Part shown: positions 1 through 11,022 of the stretch, piece after piece
Position numbering within the stretch: position 1 is the stretch's first letter
How the letters are laid out: each line of letters opens with the position of its first letter
Origin: an uncultured delta proteobacterium
GTDB taxonomy: Bacteria > Desulfobacterota > Zymogenia > Zymogenales > Zymogenaceae
Assembly (NCBI GenBank): GCA_963735595.1
Contig: CAVTLK010000005.1
Location: 512,001 to 576,000 of the forward strand
DNA: 64,000 nucleotides
Direction of reading: 5' to 3'
Position numbers and translations under genes: made by a program
The notes under the pieces: generated by a model
The model's database searches: none
What the model saw: the letters and a program-made list of their open reading frames with translations, nothing else
What the model was told of the DNA's origin: nothing

Positions 1-1
1 G

Positions 2-229
2 GCCGATCACCCGATCTGCTGGATAAACGCCGGCTATTCGGCGGGGTGGTGCTCTTCGAGCTTCGATATCCCGCTGGAGGCCCGTGAAATCACCTGCACG
101 GCGATGGGCGCCCCCGCGTGCACGTTCATCATGACCCACCGCAACAAGATCATCGAGCGGGTGGACCGGTTCCGTGAGCTGCTGATGACCAAGCGTCCCG
201 AGGAGGTAACGACGGAGGAGCTGTTATAG
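2..229 (+). CDS. V4R-domain protein, 3' part only
   Basis: Hand translation of frame 2: ADHPICWINAGYSAGWCSSSFDIPLEAREITCTAMGAPACTF...LL*, matching the V4R pattern C..AGY..GW...E..C.A.G...C.F. TAG at 227-229. Confidence 0.8.
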   Translation, partial: ADHPICWINAGYSAGWCSSSFDIPLEAREITCTAMGAPACTFIMTHRNKIIERVDRFRELLMTKRPEEVTTEELL

Positions 230-323
230 TACGGCAGCTCTTTTGCGATTGGAATGAAAACGCGGGAGTATAAACTCCCGCGTTTGATTTATAAGAACCC
301 CTTTTCTATACTAACTCTATTCC

Positions 324-447
324 TGTCATTGCGAGGAGGCTGTAAGGCCGACGAGGCAATCCCGGACGCGGTAGCTACCAATAATCACGTTAGTATACAG
401 AACAGTGTCCGAGATCGCCACGCCCCCTTCGGGGGCTCGCGATGACA
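324..447. repeat. Palindromic REP/RPE-like element, type A, copy 1
   Basis: Terminal inverted repeat TGTCATTGCGAG ... CTCGCGATGACA with internal hairpins; related copies at 44402 and 51354. Confidence 0.85.
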
Positions 448-455
448 ATCCTTTT

Positions 456-539
456 GGATTAAGGGGACACCAGACTTAATAGCACTTCCGCAGTTTATTT
501 TAAATTATAGGTAATTAAGTATAGTGTCCCCTTAATTCC
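456..539. repeat. MITE/REP-like element, type B, copy 1
   Basis: ATTAAGGGGACAC ... GTGTCCCCTTAAT inverted repeat, inner ACTTAAT/ATTAAGT pair, AT-rich core; second copy at 51522-51605. Confidence 0.85.
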
Positions 540-712
540 GTCCCTTTAATTCACCCGCAGTTGATTGACCAATCATTCACATTTTTCTTGACAAGCAGGT
601 TTCCCTTTGATACAAACGGCGTATAATCTGCCAGTTTACGTAATGTGGCAGAGTAAAGCAGATTATCGCAGATTATCATCGACCGAAAGACAGGGCAGCC
701 AGGGGTAAAATA

Positions 713-1186
713 ATGGCCGTCAGGAAAAACAACGCGAATTCCCTTACAAACGGCTCGGTAAAGGCCGACAGGGCGATTGCCTCGTCCGGCTCCGGCTCGG
801 GCCTGCCCCTCATGAACATCAGCGACCTCGCCAAGAGGCTCGATATCTCCCCCCGCACCATCCGCTACTACGAAGAGATCGGCCTGCTCGATTCCATCAA
901 GCGCACGGTGGGGGGGAAGCGCGTCTTTGCCGACAATGACCTGCGCCGCATCCGGTTCATCCAGAAGCTCAAGATACTGGGGCTGACGCTGGCCGAGATG
1001 CAGGAGCTCAACGCGATCTACGAGACCCACCGCAAAAACTCCAAGGTATTCCCCCGCATCATAGAGCTGTTTGACAGCCACAAGAAATCGATCGACCACC
1101 GGATAGAAGAGCTCAAGCTCCTCAAGACCGAGATCGAGGAGTTCCAGAAGCGGATGCGGGATAAGCTCAAGAAGGAGCAGGAGTAG
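713..1186 (+). CDS. MerR-family transcriptional regulator
   Basis: MNISDLAKRLDISPRTIRYYEEIGLL helix-turn-helix plus coiled coil; true start may be the ATG at 812. Confidence 0.93.
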   Translation: MAVRKNNANSLTNGSVKADRAIASSGSGSGLPLMNISDLAKRLDISPRTIRYYEEIGLLDSIKRTVGGKRVFADNDLRRIRFIQKLKILGLTLAEMQELNAIYETHRKNSKVFPRIIELFDSHKKSIDHRIEELKLLKTEIEEFQKRMRDKLKKEQE

Positions 1187-1216
1187 GGGACGGGGACAGA
1201 TACACGTCGATCCGGG

Positions 1217-1297
1217 GTGCCACTGACAAGCTACGCTTGTCAGTGATATGGGGTTTTAGGGGGATCAACACGGACAACCTGTGGTTGTCCGTGGCAC
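1217..1297. repeat. REP doublet (two hairpins in inverted arrangement)
   Basis: GTGC-CACTGACAAG-ctacg-CTTGTCAGTG, spacer, then CACGGACAAC-ctgtg-GTTGTCCGTG-GCAC; intergenic. Confidence 0.75.
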
Positions 1298-1316
1298 TCA
1301 GCACAAGGCGGCTACC

Positions 1317-1862
1317 GTGGCAGACGAAGAAAAGAAAAGCCAGCGCGGCCTCGTCCAGGTATACACCGGAAACGGCAAGGGGAAGACCACGGCGGCCCTC
1401 GGCCTGGCGCTGAGGGCGGCGGGCCACGGCAAGAAGACCGTCGTCATCCAGTTCATGAAGGGCGAGATCTATTACGGCGAGCTGGGGGCGGCAAAGATGC
1501 TCGCCCCGTATCTCGAAATCATCCAGATGGGCCGGCCCGATTTCGTGAACAAGAGCGACCCCGACCCCAAGGACGTGCGGTTGGCGCGGGAGGCCCTGGA
1601 TCTGGCAAAGGAGATCGTTGCCGGCAGGCGGTACGACATCGTGGTGCTGGACGAGATCAACGTGGCGCTGGACTTCGGGCTGGTCGATCTTGCCGACGTG
1701 ATCGCGCTGATCGATGCGCGGCCACCCGAGACGGAATTGATACTTACCGGCAGGTACGCGAAGAAGGAGATCATCGACCGTGCGGACCTCGTCACCGAGA
1801 TGCGGGAGGTCAAACACCCGTACAATGCCGGTGTTGAGGCACGGCCGGGAATAGAACGGTAG
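1317..1862 (+). CDS. cobO: Cob(I)alamin adenosyltransferase, CobO/BtuR family
   Basis: VYTGNGKGKTTAALG, QFMKG, VLDEI, LTGR and ADLVTEM..VKHPY motifs; GTG start chosen just after the REP. Confidence 0.95.
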   Translation: MADEEKKSQRGLVQVYTGNGKGKTTAALGLALRAAGHGKKTVVIQFMKGEIYYGELGAAKMLAPYLEIIQMGRPDFVNKSDPDPKDVRLAREALDLAKEIVAGRRYDIVVLDEINVALDFGLVDLADVIALIDARPPETELILTGRYAKKEIIDRADLVTEMREVKHPYNAGVEARPGIER

Positions 1863-1904
1863 ACGACATTAAAGTAAATGCAATATCCTCCCGTGGAGGC
1901 GTGT

Positions 1905-3581
<1,677 letters not shown>

Positions 3582-3619
3582 ACCATACTACATAAACGAT
3601 ATCTATAGAGACACAACCC

Positions 3620-4024
3620 ATGACCAAAGGACGAAGAATCAGGATACTCCTCGGCAAGCCGGGGCTGGACGGCCACGACCGCGGGATCAAGGTCGTCGCG
3701 CGGGCACTGAGGGACGCCGGCATAGAAGTCATCTATACGGGGCTTCACCAGACGCCGGAGATGATCGCGGCGGCGGCCATCCAGGAAGACGTAGACGCCG
3801 TGGGGCTCTCGGTCCTCTCGGGGGCGCACAACCACCTCTTTAAAAAGGTCATCGAGCTCCTGAAGAAAGAGGGGGCCGACGACATCGCCGTATTCGGCGG
3901 GGGCATCATCCCCGACAAGGACATCACGGCGCTCAAGGCCGCGGGCGTCGGCGAGATATTCCTGCCGGGCGACAGCACCGACCGGATCATCGAGTGGATA
4001 CGGGGCAATATCAACCCCCGGTAA
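3620..4024 (+). CDS. Cobalamin-binding small subunit of acyl-CoA mutase
   Basis: [10 protein letters not shown] (DxHxxG), GLSVLSGAH and FGGGIIP motifs. Confidence 0.95.
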   Translation: MTKGRRIRILLGKPGLDGHDRGIKVVARALRDAGIEVIYTGLHQTPEMIAAAAIQEDVDAVGLSVLSGAHNHLFKKVIELLKKEGADDIAVFGGGIIPDKDITALKAAGVGEIFLPGDSTDRIIEWIRGNINPR

Positions 4025-4158
4025 CCCCCACGAGGATACGAGGATATGAGTATATGCTGGCCGCCGGAAGCGGCGACAAACGGGGGAGCCCGAGAAAATC
4101 GTTTTTTTCGTCATATTAGAGTCACTGATTTAGAGATAACCAGACAAGGAGGATTTCT

Positions 4159-5370
4159 ATGAGCGACAGAAGGGTTTACGTCCTCGGGGGCGGCATCTCG
4201 AAGATGGCCGCCGAGCGCCCGGACGGCAATATTCGCGACTGGGTCGTGGAAGCGGTCATGGAGGCCGTGGTGGACGCCGGTGTTGATATCGCCGATATCG
4301 ACCATGCCACGACATCGTACTTCTCCGACCACTTCGACAAGCAGCTGAAACAGGGTGCTATCTTCCACGACTGCGTGGGGATGTGCCCCAAGCCCAACGT
4401 GCGCGTTGAGGGCGGCGGCGGAACCGGGGGGCTTGCCATCCGAAACGCCTACGCCTACATCAAGTCAGGCCTTTGCGACTCGATGATCGTCTATGGCACC
4501 GAAAACATGGGCCGCCATGTCCCCTCGGACGTGGCCCAGCAGTTCATCGCGCTGGCCTCCGACACCGACTGGGAGGTCCAGGTGGCCGGCTTCTATGTCG
4601 CCTACTATGCCATGATGATGCGGGCGCACATGGATATGTACGGGACTAAGGAAGAGCAGTTTGCGCGGGTATCCGTCAAGAACCACCGCAACGCCATCTA
4701 CAACGAGTACGCCCAGAGCCCCATGCGGATCACCGTAGACGACGTTATGAATTCAACCCTCATCACCTCGCCCTACAAGGTGCTGGACAACTGCCTCCTT
4801 TCCGACGGTGCGTCATGCCTGATCTTCGCGACCGAGGAGTGGGCCAAGGCCCATTCGACCTCGTGGCACCGCAAGCCGCGCATCGAGGTGGCGGGCACCG
4901 GCTGCGGGACGGACACGATGCGGCTGGCCGACCGGCCGTCCCCCTATCCCGGCATCGCCCACTTCCGGTCAAAACGCTTTGCCTCCCAGCAGGCCTACGC
5001 GATGGCCGGCATCAAGAACCCCGCCAAGGAACTGGACTGCTTCGAGGTGCACGACGCCTATTCCGGCGTGGAGATGGTCAGCTGCGAAGACCTCGGCCTC
5101 TGCGGCCTGGGACAATCCGGCAAGCTCTACGAGGAAGGCTACTTCGACCTGGGCGGTGAGCTCCCGGTCAACACCTCCGGCGGCCTCATCGGCATGGGCC
5201 ATCCCGTCGGCGCCACCGGCATCAACCAGGGTATCGAGGTGATGAAACAGCTCCGGCAGGAGGTCCATCCCCAGCGCCAGGCCAAGATCATCAATGGGCA
5301 GGGCGGTATGGACTCCCACGGCGGAACCGGAACCTTCGTGGCCATCAACATCTTCCGGCGCGTGGACTAA
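4159..5370 (+). CDS. Thiolase-fold (SCP2/archaeal type) protein lacking the catalytic cysteines
   Basis: KNHRNA..N..A, SDGA, EVHDAY, NTSGGL..GHPVGATG motifs; the nucleophile loop reads VEGGGGTGG. Confidence 0.88.
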   Translation: MSDRRVYVLGGGISKMAAERPDGNIRDWVVEAVMEAVVDAGVDIADIDHATTSYFSDHFDKQLKQGAIFHDCVGMCPKPNVRVEGGGGTGGLAIRNAYAYIKSGLCDSMIVYGTENMGRHVPSDVAQQFIALASDTDWEVQVAGFYVAYYAMMMRAHMDMYGTKEEQFARVSVKNHRNAIYNEYAQSPMRITVDDVMNSTLITSPYKVLDNCLLSDGASCLIFATEEWAKAHSTSWHRKPRIEVAGTGCGTDTMRLADRPSPYPGIAHFRSKRFASQQAYAMAGIKNPAKELDCFEVHDAYSGVEMVSCEDLGLCGLGQSGKLYEEGYFDLGGELPVNTSGGLIGMGHPVGATGINQGIEVMKQLRQEVHPQRQAKIINGQGGMDSHGGTGTFVAINIFRRVD

Positions 5371-5388
5371 GAGAAAGGAGAAACAATC

Positions 5389-6018
5389 ATGGCAAAAAGT
5401 GTATTCGACGATCCTCAGAAGACGTTATATCCCAAGCTCCCGAAGATAAACGACCTGGCGCCGGGCAAGGACCGGGGCCTTGTCTCCACGAAGCTCCACG
5501 TCTTCAAGGCCGACGATCCCATCGGACCCAAGCTCCACTGGGATCCAATCCACCGGCCCGACCAGGACCCGTGGAAGGACTTCCGGGAGATCATGCGTGT
5601 CGAGTGGAAGATGGAGATCACCTATCGCCACTCCCTCGGCAAATACTCCAAGTTCTTCATCGAGCTTGAAAATAAGAAATTCTTCGCCACCGAGTGCCCG
5701 AAATGCGGCTTCGTCTACGCGATCCCGCGGCCGGTCTGCCCCGACTGCCTGGTAATCACCACGTGGAAGGAGCTGCCCGGCACGGGGACGCTTGCCAGCT
5801 ACTCGATTTCGGAATTCGTGCCGGCCTTCATGAAGGTCGAGCTTCCCTACGTGCTGACGATGGTCAAGCTGGACGGGGCCGATTCTCTGTTTACCCACCA
5901 GCTCAGGAACTGGGGCACGGACCGGACCAAGATCAAGACCGGGATGCCGGTGAAGGTCGCCTATTCCAAGGAACCGGTGGGCCATCCGATGCTGCTGATG
6001 TGGTTTGAGCCGGCCTAA
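5389..6018 (+). CDS. Zn-ribbon/OB-fold (DUF35-type) thiolase partner
   Basis: CPKC...PRPVCPDC ribbon followed by GTLASYS, LPYV..VKLDG and IKTGMPV; directly follows the thiolase-like gene. Confidence 0.9.
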   Translation: MAKSVFDDPQKTLYPKLPKINDLAPGKDRGLVSTKLHVFKADDPIGPKLHWDPIHRPDQDPWKDFREIMRVEWKMEITYRHSLGKYSKFFIELENKKFFATECPKCGFVYAIPRPVCPDCLVITTWKELPGTGTLASYSISEFVPAFMKVELPYVLTMVKLDGADSLFTHQLRNWGTDRTKIKTGMPVKVAYSKEPVGHPMLLMWFEPA

Positions 6019-6034
6019 TTAGTGTGAGGACAGC

Positions 6035-7186
6035 ATGTTAAACTATGACCTGACCGAAGAGCAGAACATCCTGCGCAAGACCGTTCGCGATTTCGCCGAG
6101 AAGGTCATCAAGCCCAGGGCCGAAGAGCTCGACGAAAAGGCCGAATTTTCCGTCGATATTACCAGACAGATGGGCGAGCTCGGGCTTTTCGGCATGTTCG
6201 TCTCTGAGGAGTACGGGGGGTCTCACGTCGGTTATGTCTCCTACATCATCGCGGTGGAGGAGATTGCCCGGGTGGACGGCTCCCAGGCGGCGACGGTGGC
6301 GGCGGCAAATTCGCTCGGCATCGGGCCGATCTACTACTTCGGCAGCAAGAAGCAGAAGGACCAGTGGCTTCCGCGGCTCTGCTCCGGCGAGATACTCGCT
6401 TCGTTTGGACTGACCGAGCCCAACGCGGGGTCGGACGCCGGCGCCAGCAAGACGGCGGCGGTGCTCAAGGACGGCCACTGGATCATCAACGGATCAAAGA
6501 TCTTCATCACCAACTCGACCTCCCCGATGGCCGGGGTCTGCACCGTTCAAACCGTCAGCGGGACCCGTCCGGACGGCAAGAAAGAGGTATCCTGCATACT
6601 GGTTCCGTCCGACACGCCGGGATTCAAGAAAGTCCACATGACCAAGAAGATGATGTGGCGCGCCTCTGATACCGGCGAGCTCTATTTCGACGACGTGAAG
6701 GTGCCGGAGGAAAACCTGCTGGGTAAACGGGGCGAAGGGTTTCACCAGATGCTTGAGACGCTGGACGGCGGCAGACTCTCTATCGCCGCAATGGGGCTGG
6801 GGGGTGCGCAGGGCGCCTTCGAAGAGGCGCTCAGGTACGCCAAGGAGCGCGAGCAGTTCGGCAAACCCATCGGCAAGTTCCAGGCAAACGCCTTCAAGCT
6901 GGCCGACATGGCCATGGAGATTGAGGCGGCACGGAACCTCCTCTACAAGGCCTGCTGGCTCAGGGAACAGGGAAAGCCCTTCGGGCAGGTGGCGGCGATG
7001 GCCAAGCTCTACTGCAGCGAGGTCATGTCGCGGACGGTCAACCAGGCCGTCCAGATCCACGGCGGCTACGGGCTCATGAAGGAGTATCCGGTGGAGCGTT
7101 TCTACCGTGATCAGAAGCTGCTTGAGATAGGAGAGGGAACCAGCGAGGTGCAGCGCATCGTTATATCGAGGAACCTTGGTCTCTAA
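6035..7186 (+). CDS. Acyl-CoA dehydrogenase, short/branched-chain type
   Basis: FGLTEPNAGSDA, NGSKIFITN, REQFGKPI, QIHGGYG and EIGEGTSEVQR motifs. Confidence 0.96.
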   Translation: MLNYDLTEEQNILRKTVRDFAEKVIKPRAEELDEKAEFSVDITRQMGELGLFGMFVSEEYGGSHVGYVSYIIAVEEIARVDGSQAATVAAANSLGIGPIYYFGSKKQKDQWLPRLCSGEILASFGLTEPNAGSDAGASKTAAVLKDGHWIINGSKIFITNSTSPMAGVCTVQTVSGTRPDGKKEVSCILVPSDTPGFKKVHMTKKMMWRASDTGELYFDDVKVPEENLLGKRGEGFHQMLETLDGGRLSIAAMGLGGAQGAFEEALRYAKEREQFGKPIGKFQANAFKLADMAMEIEAARNLLYKACWLREQGKPFGQVAAMAKLYCSEVMSRTVNQAVQIHGGYGLMKEYPVERFYRDQKLLEIGEGTSEVQRIVISRNLGL

Positions 7187-8141
7187 CACACCATCGCTTG
7201 CCGAACGGGTCCTTTCGGGCAACGTGCGGGCCGCGGCGCGGCTCATGCGCGACATCGACGACGGGATGCCGAACGCGAGCGAAGAGCTGAAAAAACTATA
7301 CCCCCACACCGGGAAGGCCTACCTGCTTGGTATTACCGGCCTTCCCGGTGCGGGCAAATCCACCCTCGTCAACCGGATCGTCGAGCGGCTCAGGCAAGAC
7401 GGCCTTACCGTAGGGTTGGTGCTTGTCGATCCCACGAGCCCCTTTACGGGCGGCGCGATCCTCGGCGACCGGGTGCGTATGGCCCACCACTTCACCGACC
7501 CTGGCGTCTTCATCCGGTCGCTGGCGACCCGGGGGCACCTGGGCGGCCTTTCCTGGTGCACCAACGACGTCGTGAACGTCCTTGACGCGATGGGAAAGGA
7601 CGTGGTCATCATCGAGACCGTTGGGGTCGGCCAGGATGAGACGGAGGTTGTCTCCACGGCTCATACGACGGTCGTCGTCCTCACGCCGGGGATGGGCGAC
7701 GAGATCCAGGCCATCAAGGCGGGTATCCTCGAGGTGGGGGACGTCTTTGTGGTCAACAAGGCGCGCCGGGAAGGTGCAGACCGGGCGGTCCGCGACCTTG
7801 AAACGATGCTTTCCATGAGGGGGTGGAAGGCCGACGAGTTTCGGCCGCCCGTGGTCAAGACCGAGGCGCTCTATGACGAGGGAATGGACGAGCTCATGGA
7901 CGCGATCGGCCGCCACCGGGCGTTTATAGAGGGCGGCCAGGGCTTGAGAAAAAAGCGGATCGAGCGGGCGCGCTACGAGCTGGTCGAGCTCCTGAAAGAG
8001 GGCCTGCTCTCGGCGGTGCTTGACGTTCAGGGGGGGCAGGAGGCGATAGACGCGGTCTCCGAGAAGATCGCCGAAAGGGTCACGGACCCCTACACCGAGG
8101 TGAACCGGATCATCGCCGGGGCGCTCAAGCCCCGGGATTGA
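7176..8141 (+). CDS. meaB: MeaB/ArgK mutase-associated GTPase chaperone
   Basis: GITGLPGAGKST, VDPTSPFTGGAILGDRVRM, IETVGVGQ and VNKA motifs; lies in the mutase cluster. Confidence 0.95.
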   Translation: MVSNTPSLAERVLSGNVRAAARLMRDIDDGMPNASEELKKLYPHTGKAYLLGITGLPGAGKSTLVNRIVERLRQDGLTVGLVLVDPTSPFTGGAILGDRVRMAHHFTDPGVFIRSLATRGHLGGLSWCTNDVVNVLDAMGKDVVIIETVGVGQDETEVVSTAHTTVVVLTPGMGDEIQAIKAGILEVGDVFVVNKARREGADRAVRDLETMLSMRGWKADEFRPPVVKTEALYDEGMDELMDAIGRHRAFIEGGQGLRKKRIERARYELVELLKEGLLSAVLDVQGGQEAIDAVSEKIAERVTDPYTEVNRIIAGALKPRD

Positions 8142-8337
8142 TACGCCGATCGTTCCCGCATACACGGCGTTGTCGTCCATGCTCCCCTCAACGGAATTGA
8201 TCACACGGCCCGTTAATCCGTCTTTCCCTTTTCTCCACGGTATCCTTCGATAAAACTTCCTTGAGTCCGCCGCAATAGTCATATATACTATTACTTGGAA
8301 CTAACGACAGTAATATATACGAGAATGGAGGAGACTC

Positions 8338-9525
8338 ATGAGAGATGTGGTCATCGTATCGGCGGCGCGAACGCCGGTGGGAAGCTTCGGGGGCGCGCTG
8401 AAGGGCCTCGGGGCGATACAGCTCGGGGCTACGGCGGTAAAGGCCGCGATCGAGCGGGCGGGGATCAAGCCCGCGGACGTTGAAGAGGTAATCCTCGGCT
8501 GCGTGCTGCAGGCGGCCCAGGGCCAGAACGTGGCGCGGCAGGTCGCGATGGCAAGCGGCATACCCCAGGAGGTGCCGGCCCTCACGATAAACAAGGTCTG
8601 CGCCTCGGGCCTGAGGTCCGTGTCGCTGGCGGCCCAGATCATCAAGGCCGGTGACGCCGACGTGGTAATCGCCGGCGGAACCGAGAACATGAGCGACGCC
8701 CCCTACGCGCTCACCGACGCCCGCTGGGGCTACCGGATGGGCGAGGGCAAAATCGTGGACGTCATGATCAAGGACGGCCTGTGGGACGCCTTCAACAATT
8801 ACCATATGGGAATAACCGCCGAGAACGTCGCGGAGCAGTGGAAGCTGACGCGCGAGGCGCAGGACGCCTTCGGCCTGGAGAGCCAGAAGCGGGCCGAAAA
8901 GGCCATCAAGGAAGGGCGCTTCAAGGACGAGATCGTCCCGGTTATGATCCCCCAGAAAAAGGGCGACCCTAAGGTGTTTGACACCGACGAGTTCCCGCGT
9001 TTCGGCGCGACCGCCGAGGCCCTGGCGGGCCTCAAACCCGCGTTCAAGAAGGACGGCACCGTCACCGCGGGAAACGCCTCGGGCATCAACGACGGGGCGG
9101 CGGCCTTCGTGGTGATGAGCGCCGAGAAGGCAAAGGCGATGGGGCTCAAACCCATGGCAAAGGTCGTTTCCTACGCGTCGGCGGGGGTGGACCCGGCCAT
9201 CATGGGGACGGGGCCGATCCCGGCCACGAAAAAGGCGCTGGCAAAGGCGGGGATAAAGGTCACGGACCTGGACCTCATCGAGGCCAACGAGGCGTTCGCC
9301 GCCCAGTCGCTGGCGGTGGTCAAGGACCTGGGGCTGGACACCATGATGGACAAGGTAAACGTCAACGGCGGGGCAATCGCCATCGGGCACCCGATCGGCG
9401 GCTCCGGCGGGCGCATCCTCACGACACTGCTCTATGAGATGAAGAAACGCAAGTCGAAATACGGACTGGCCACGCTGTGCATCGGCGGCGGCCAGGGTGC
9501 GGCGATAATTGTGGAAGGGATGTAG
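8338..9525 (+). CDS. Acetyl-CoA C-acetyltransferase (canonical thiolase)
   Basis: NKVCASG, NEAFA, GHPIG and LCIGGGQG motifs all intact. Confidence 0.97.
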   Translation: MRDVVIVSAARTPVGSFGGALKGLGAIQLGATAVKAAIERAGIKPADVEEVILGCVLQAAQGQNVARQVAMASGIPQEVPALTINKVCASGLRSVSLAAQIIKAGDADVVIAGGTENMSDAPYALTDARWGYRMGEGKIVDVMIKDGLWDAFNNYHMGITAENVAEQWKLTREAQDAFGLESQKRAEKAIKEGRFKDEIVPVMIPQKKGDPKVFDTDEFPRFGATAEALAGLKPAFKKDGTVTAGNASGINDGAAAFVVMSAEKAKAMGLKPMAKVVSYASAGVDPAIMGTGPIPATKKALAKAGIKVTDLDLIEANEAFAAQSLAVVKDLGLDTMMDKVNVNGGAIAIGHPIGGSGGRILTTLLYEMKKRKSKYGLATLCIGGGQGAAIIVEGM

Positions 9526-9552
9526 TCGGAAGGATAGATCGGCGGAACATAC

Positions 9553-9587
9553 AATGGCGGGGCTAAGGCCCCGCCATTTTGTTTTTT
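9553..9587 (+). terminator. Intrinsic terminator
   Basis: AATGGCGGGGC-taag-GCCCCGCCATT followed by a T tract. Confidence 0.85.
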
Positions 9588-9600
9588 GGTAATCTCCAAT

Positions 9601-10635
9601 CTATATATCTTCAAAATCAGTAAAATAGCTTATTCGGTCAGCCATATTATAATTGTAGAGATTTTCCGATTCAAGCTTCTTCTTCAAGCACTCCAGAAAA
9701 ACACGAATCGATTGGTGAAAAAGAAGTTTTTTCTTTCTACTATAGTAGTCCTTCTTGTTAATCTCTTTGCCGTGAACGATATTACTTCGAAGCCCATAAA
9801 AATCATACGCCCAGACCTCAATGTCTGTGGGACTGGACACTAATTCGTTTCCGCTACCGTCCATTAGTGGTGGATGTGGTCTTGTTCTTCTGTTTGTAGG
9901 AATTGGAGTATTTATATATCTATGTATCTTCCTGATAAAATCCCGCCTTTTACCAAAGCCTCCCAGAAGAATTTCGAATCCAACACACATCATAATTATT
10001 CTTGACTCATACTTAAAACCCTCTGTATTGGAATGCGCAAAAGAGACCCATTCTAGAGATCTTACTATTAATCGACATAGTTCTTTCCTATTTTTATCTT
10101 TAAGAAGATCCTCAAGTGATCTTAATAGCTTCTCATTGTAATTAATGGCCCAGCCGCTATTTATGTAAAACGGCGTGTAAAAATAAACTTCTTCTAACTT
10201 CAGTCCTCCGGCGCCCCTTCTAATATAACTCCCTGAAAACGGGGCTATGTCGTAATGGCCAACCCTAAAGTTTTGGGTGTAAAGCTGAAAATCATCAGAA
10301 GCAAAGGCGTTCACGCTATTGTTATTAACTATGGACGAAAAGCAAAGTATTGTTACTATATCTCCTAGCTTCTTGCTTTGACTTTCCTTTAAAGGAGCGA
10401 AATTATTCGGATGTTTGAATGATGCAACTGTGATTGAGTCGATGGGTTCATTTTTCGAATGTTTTACGTATTGTTTGAAAATCCTTTCTAAGTGCTCCTT
10501 TTCCTCCCTATTGCCACCCAGGTATGTGTCTTTACTTTCGTGGAAGTCCCAAAAAAGAAAGCCGTCTATTATAAGCTCATTCTTTAGAGATATATATGGA
10601 AGAAAACTTACCTGCGACTGTATATTATTTGACAT
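9601..10635 (-). CDS. Putative HEPN-domain ribonuclease
   Basis: AT-rich 344-aa ORF with an R-X4-H motif (YGLRSNIVHG) and an upstream GFEILL helix. Confidence 0.7.
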   Translation of the reverse strand: MSNNIQSQVSFLPYISLKNELIIDGFLFWDFHESKDTYLGGNREEKEHLERIFKQYVKHSKNEPIDSITVASFKHPNNFAPLKESQSKKLGDIVTILCFSSIVNNNSVNAFASDDFQLYTQNFRVGHYDIAPFSGSYIRRGAGGLKLEEVYFYTPFYINSGWAINYNEKLLRSLEDLLKDKNRKELCRLIVRSLEWVSFAHSNTEGFKYESRIIMMCVGFEILLGGFGKRRDFIRKIHRYINTPIPTNRRTRPHPPLMDGSGNELVSSPTDIEVWAYDFYGLRSNIVHGKEINKKDYYSRKKKLLFHQSIRVFLECLKKKLESENLYNYNMADRISYFTDFEDI

Positions 10636-10680
10636 ATCGCCGTAGTCCCATTTACTGGCTACTATTAGATAATCTGTTGA

Positions 10681-11022
10681 TTAAATATCCCCGTCCAATA
10701 TGCTTCTTATTATCTGTAATATTTCGTCCTTCTTCTCATTTTTTAGTACTCCCACCGACGACGTTATCACCTTCTTGGAAATAGTAAAGATACTCGTCGG
10801 CACGACCTTGCTCTGGCGGCCGAGTCCACCCGACTCGAAATCGGTGTCATTGACAATAATGGCGTGTTTTTCGGACGTACGTATGGGTTGAGCGGAAATC
10901 TTGCAGGCAATGAAATCTTCGTTTTTCAAGTCAACGATGACAAACGCCGGTCGATTTTTAGATTTTGTTTGACTTGTAAAGGGGTAGTAGCAGAAGACAA
11001 CTTGACCGCTTACCAGCTTCAT
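10681..11022 (-). CDS. PemK/MazF-family toxin
   Basis: GQVV..YPFT....K.RPA.V, CKIS and DFESGGL...S motifs; ATGA overlap with the upstream stop codon. Confidence 0.9.
   Translation of the reverse strand: MKLVSGQVVFCYYPFTSQTKSKNRPAFVIVDLKNEDFIACKISAQPIRTSEKHAIIVNDTDFESGGLGRQSKVVPTSIFTISKKVITSSVGVLKNEKKDEILQIIRSILDGDI

Noticed and set aside
254..445. 63-aa ORF, and similar short ORFs at 44325-44507 and 51225-51425
   Set aside because: They are translations of the type A palindromic element.
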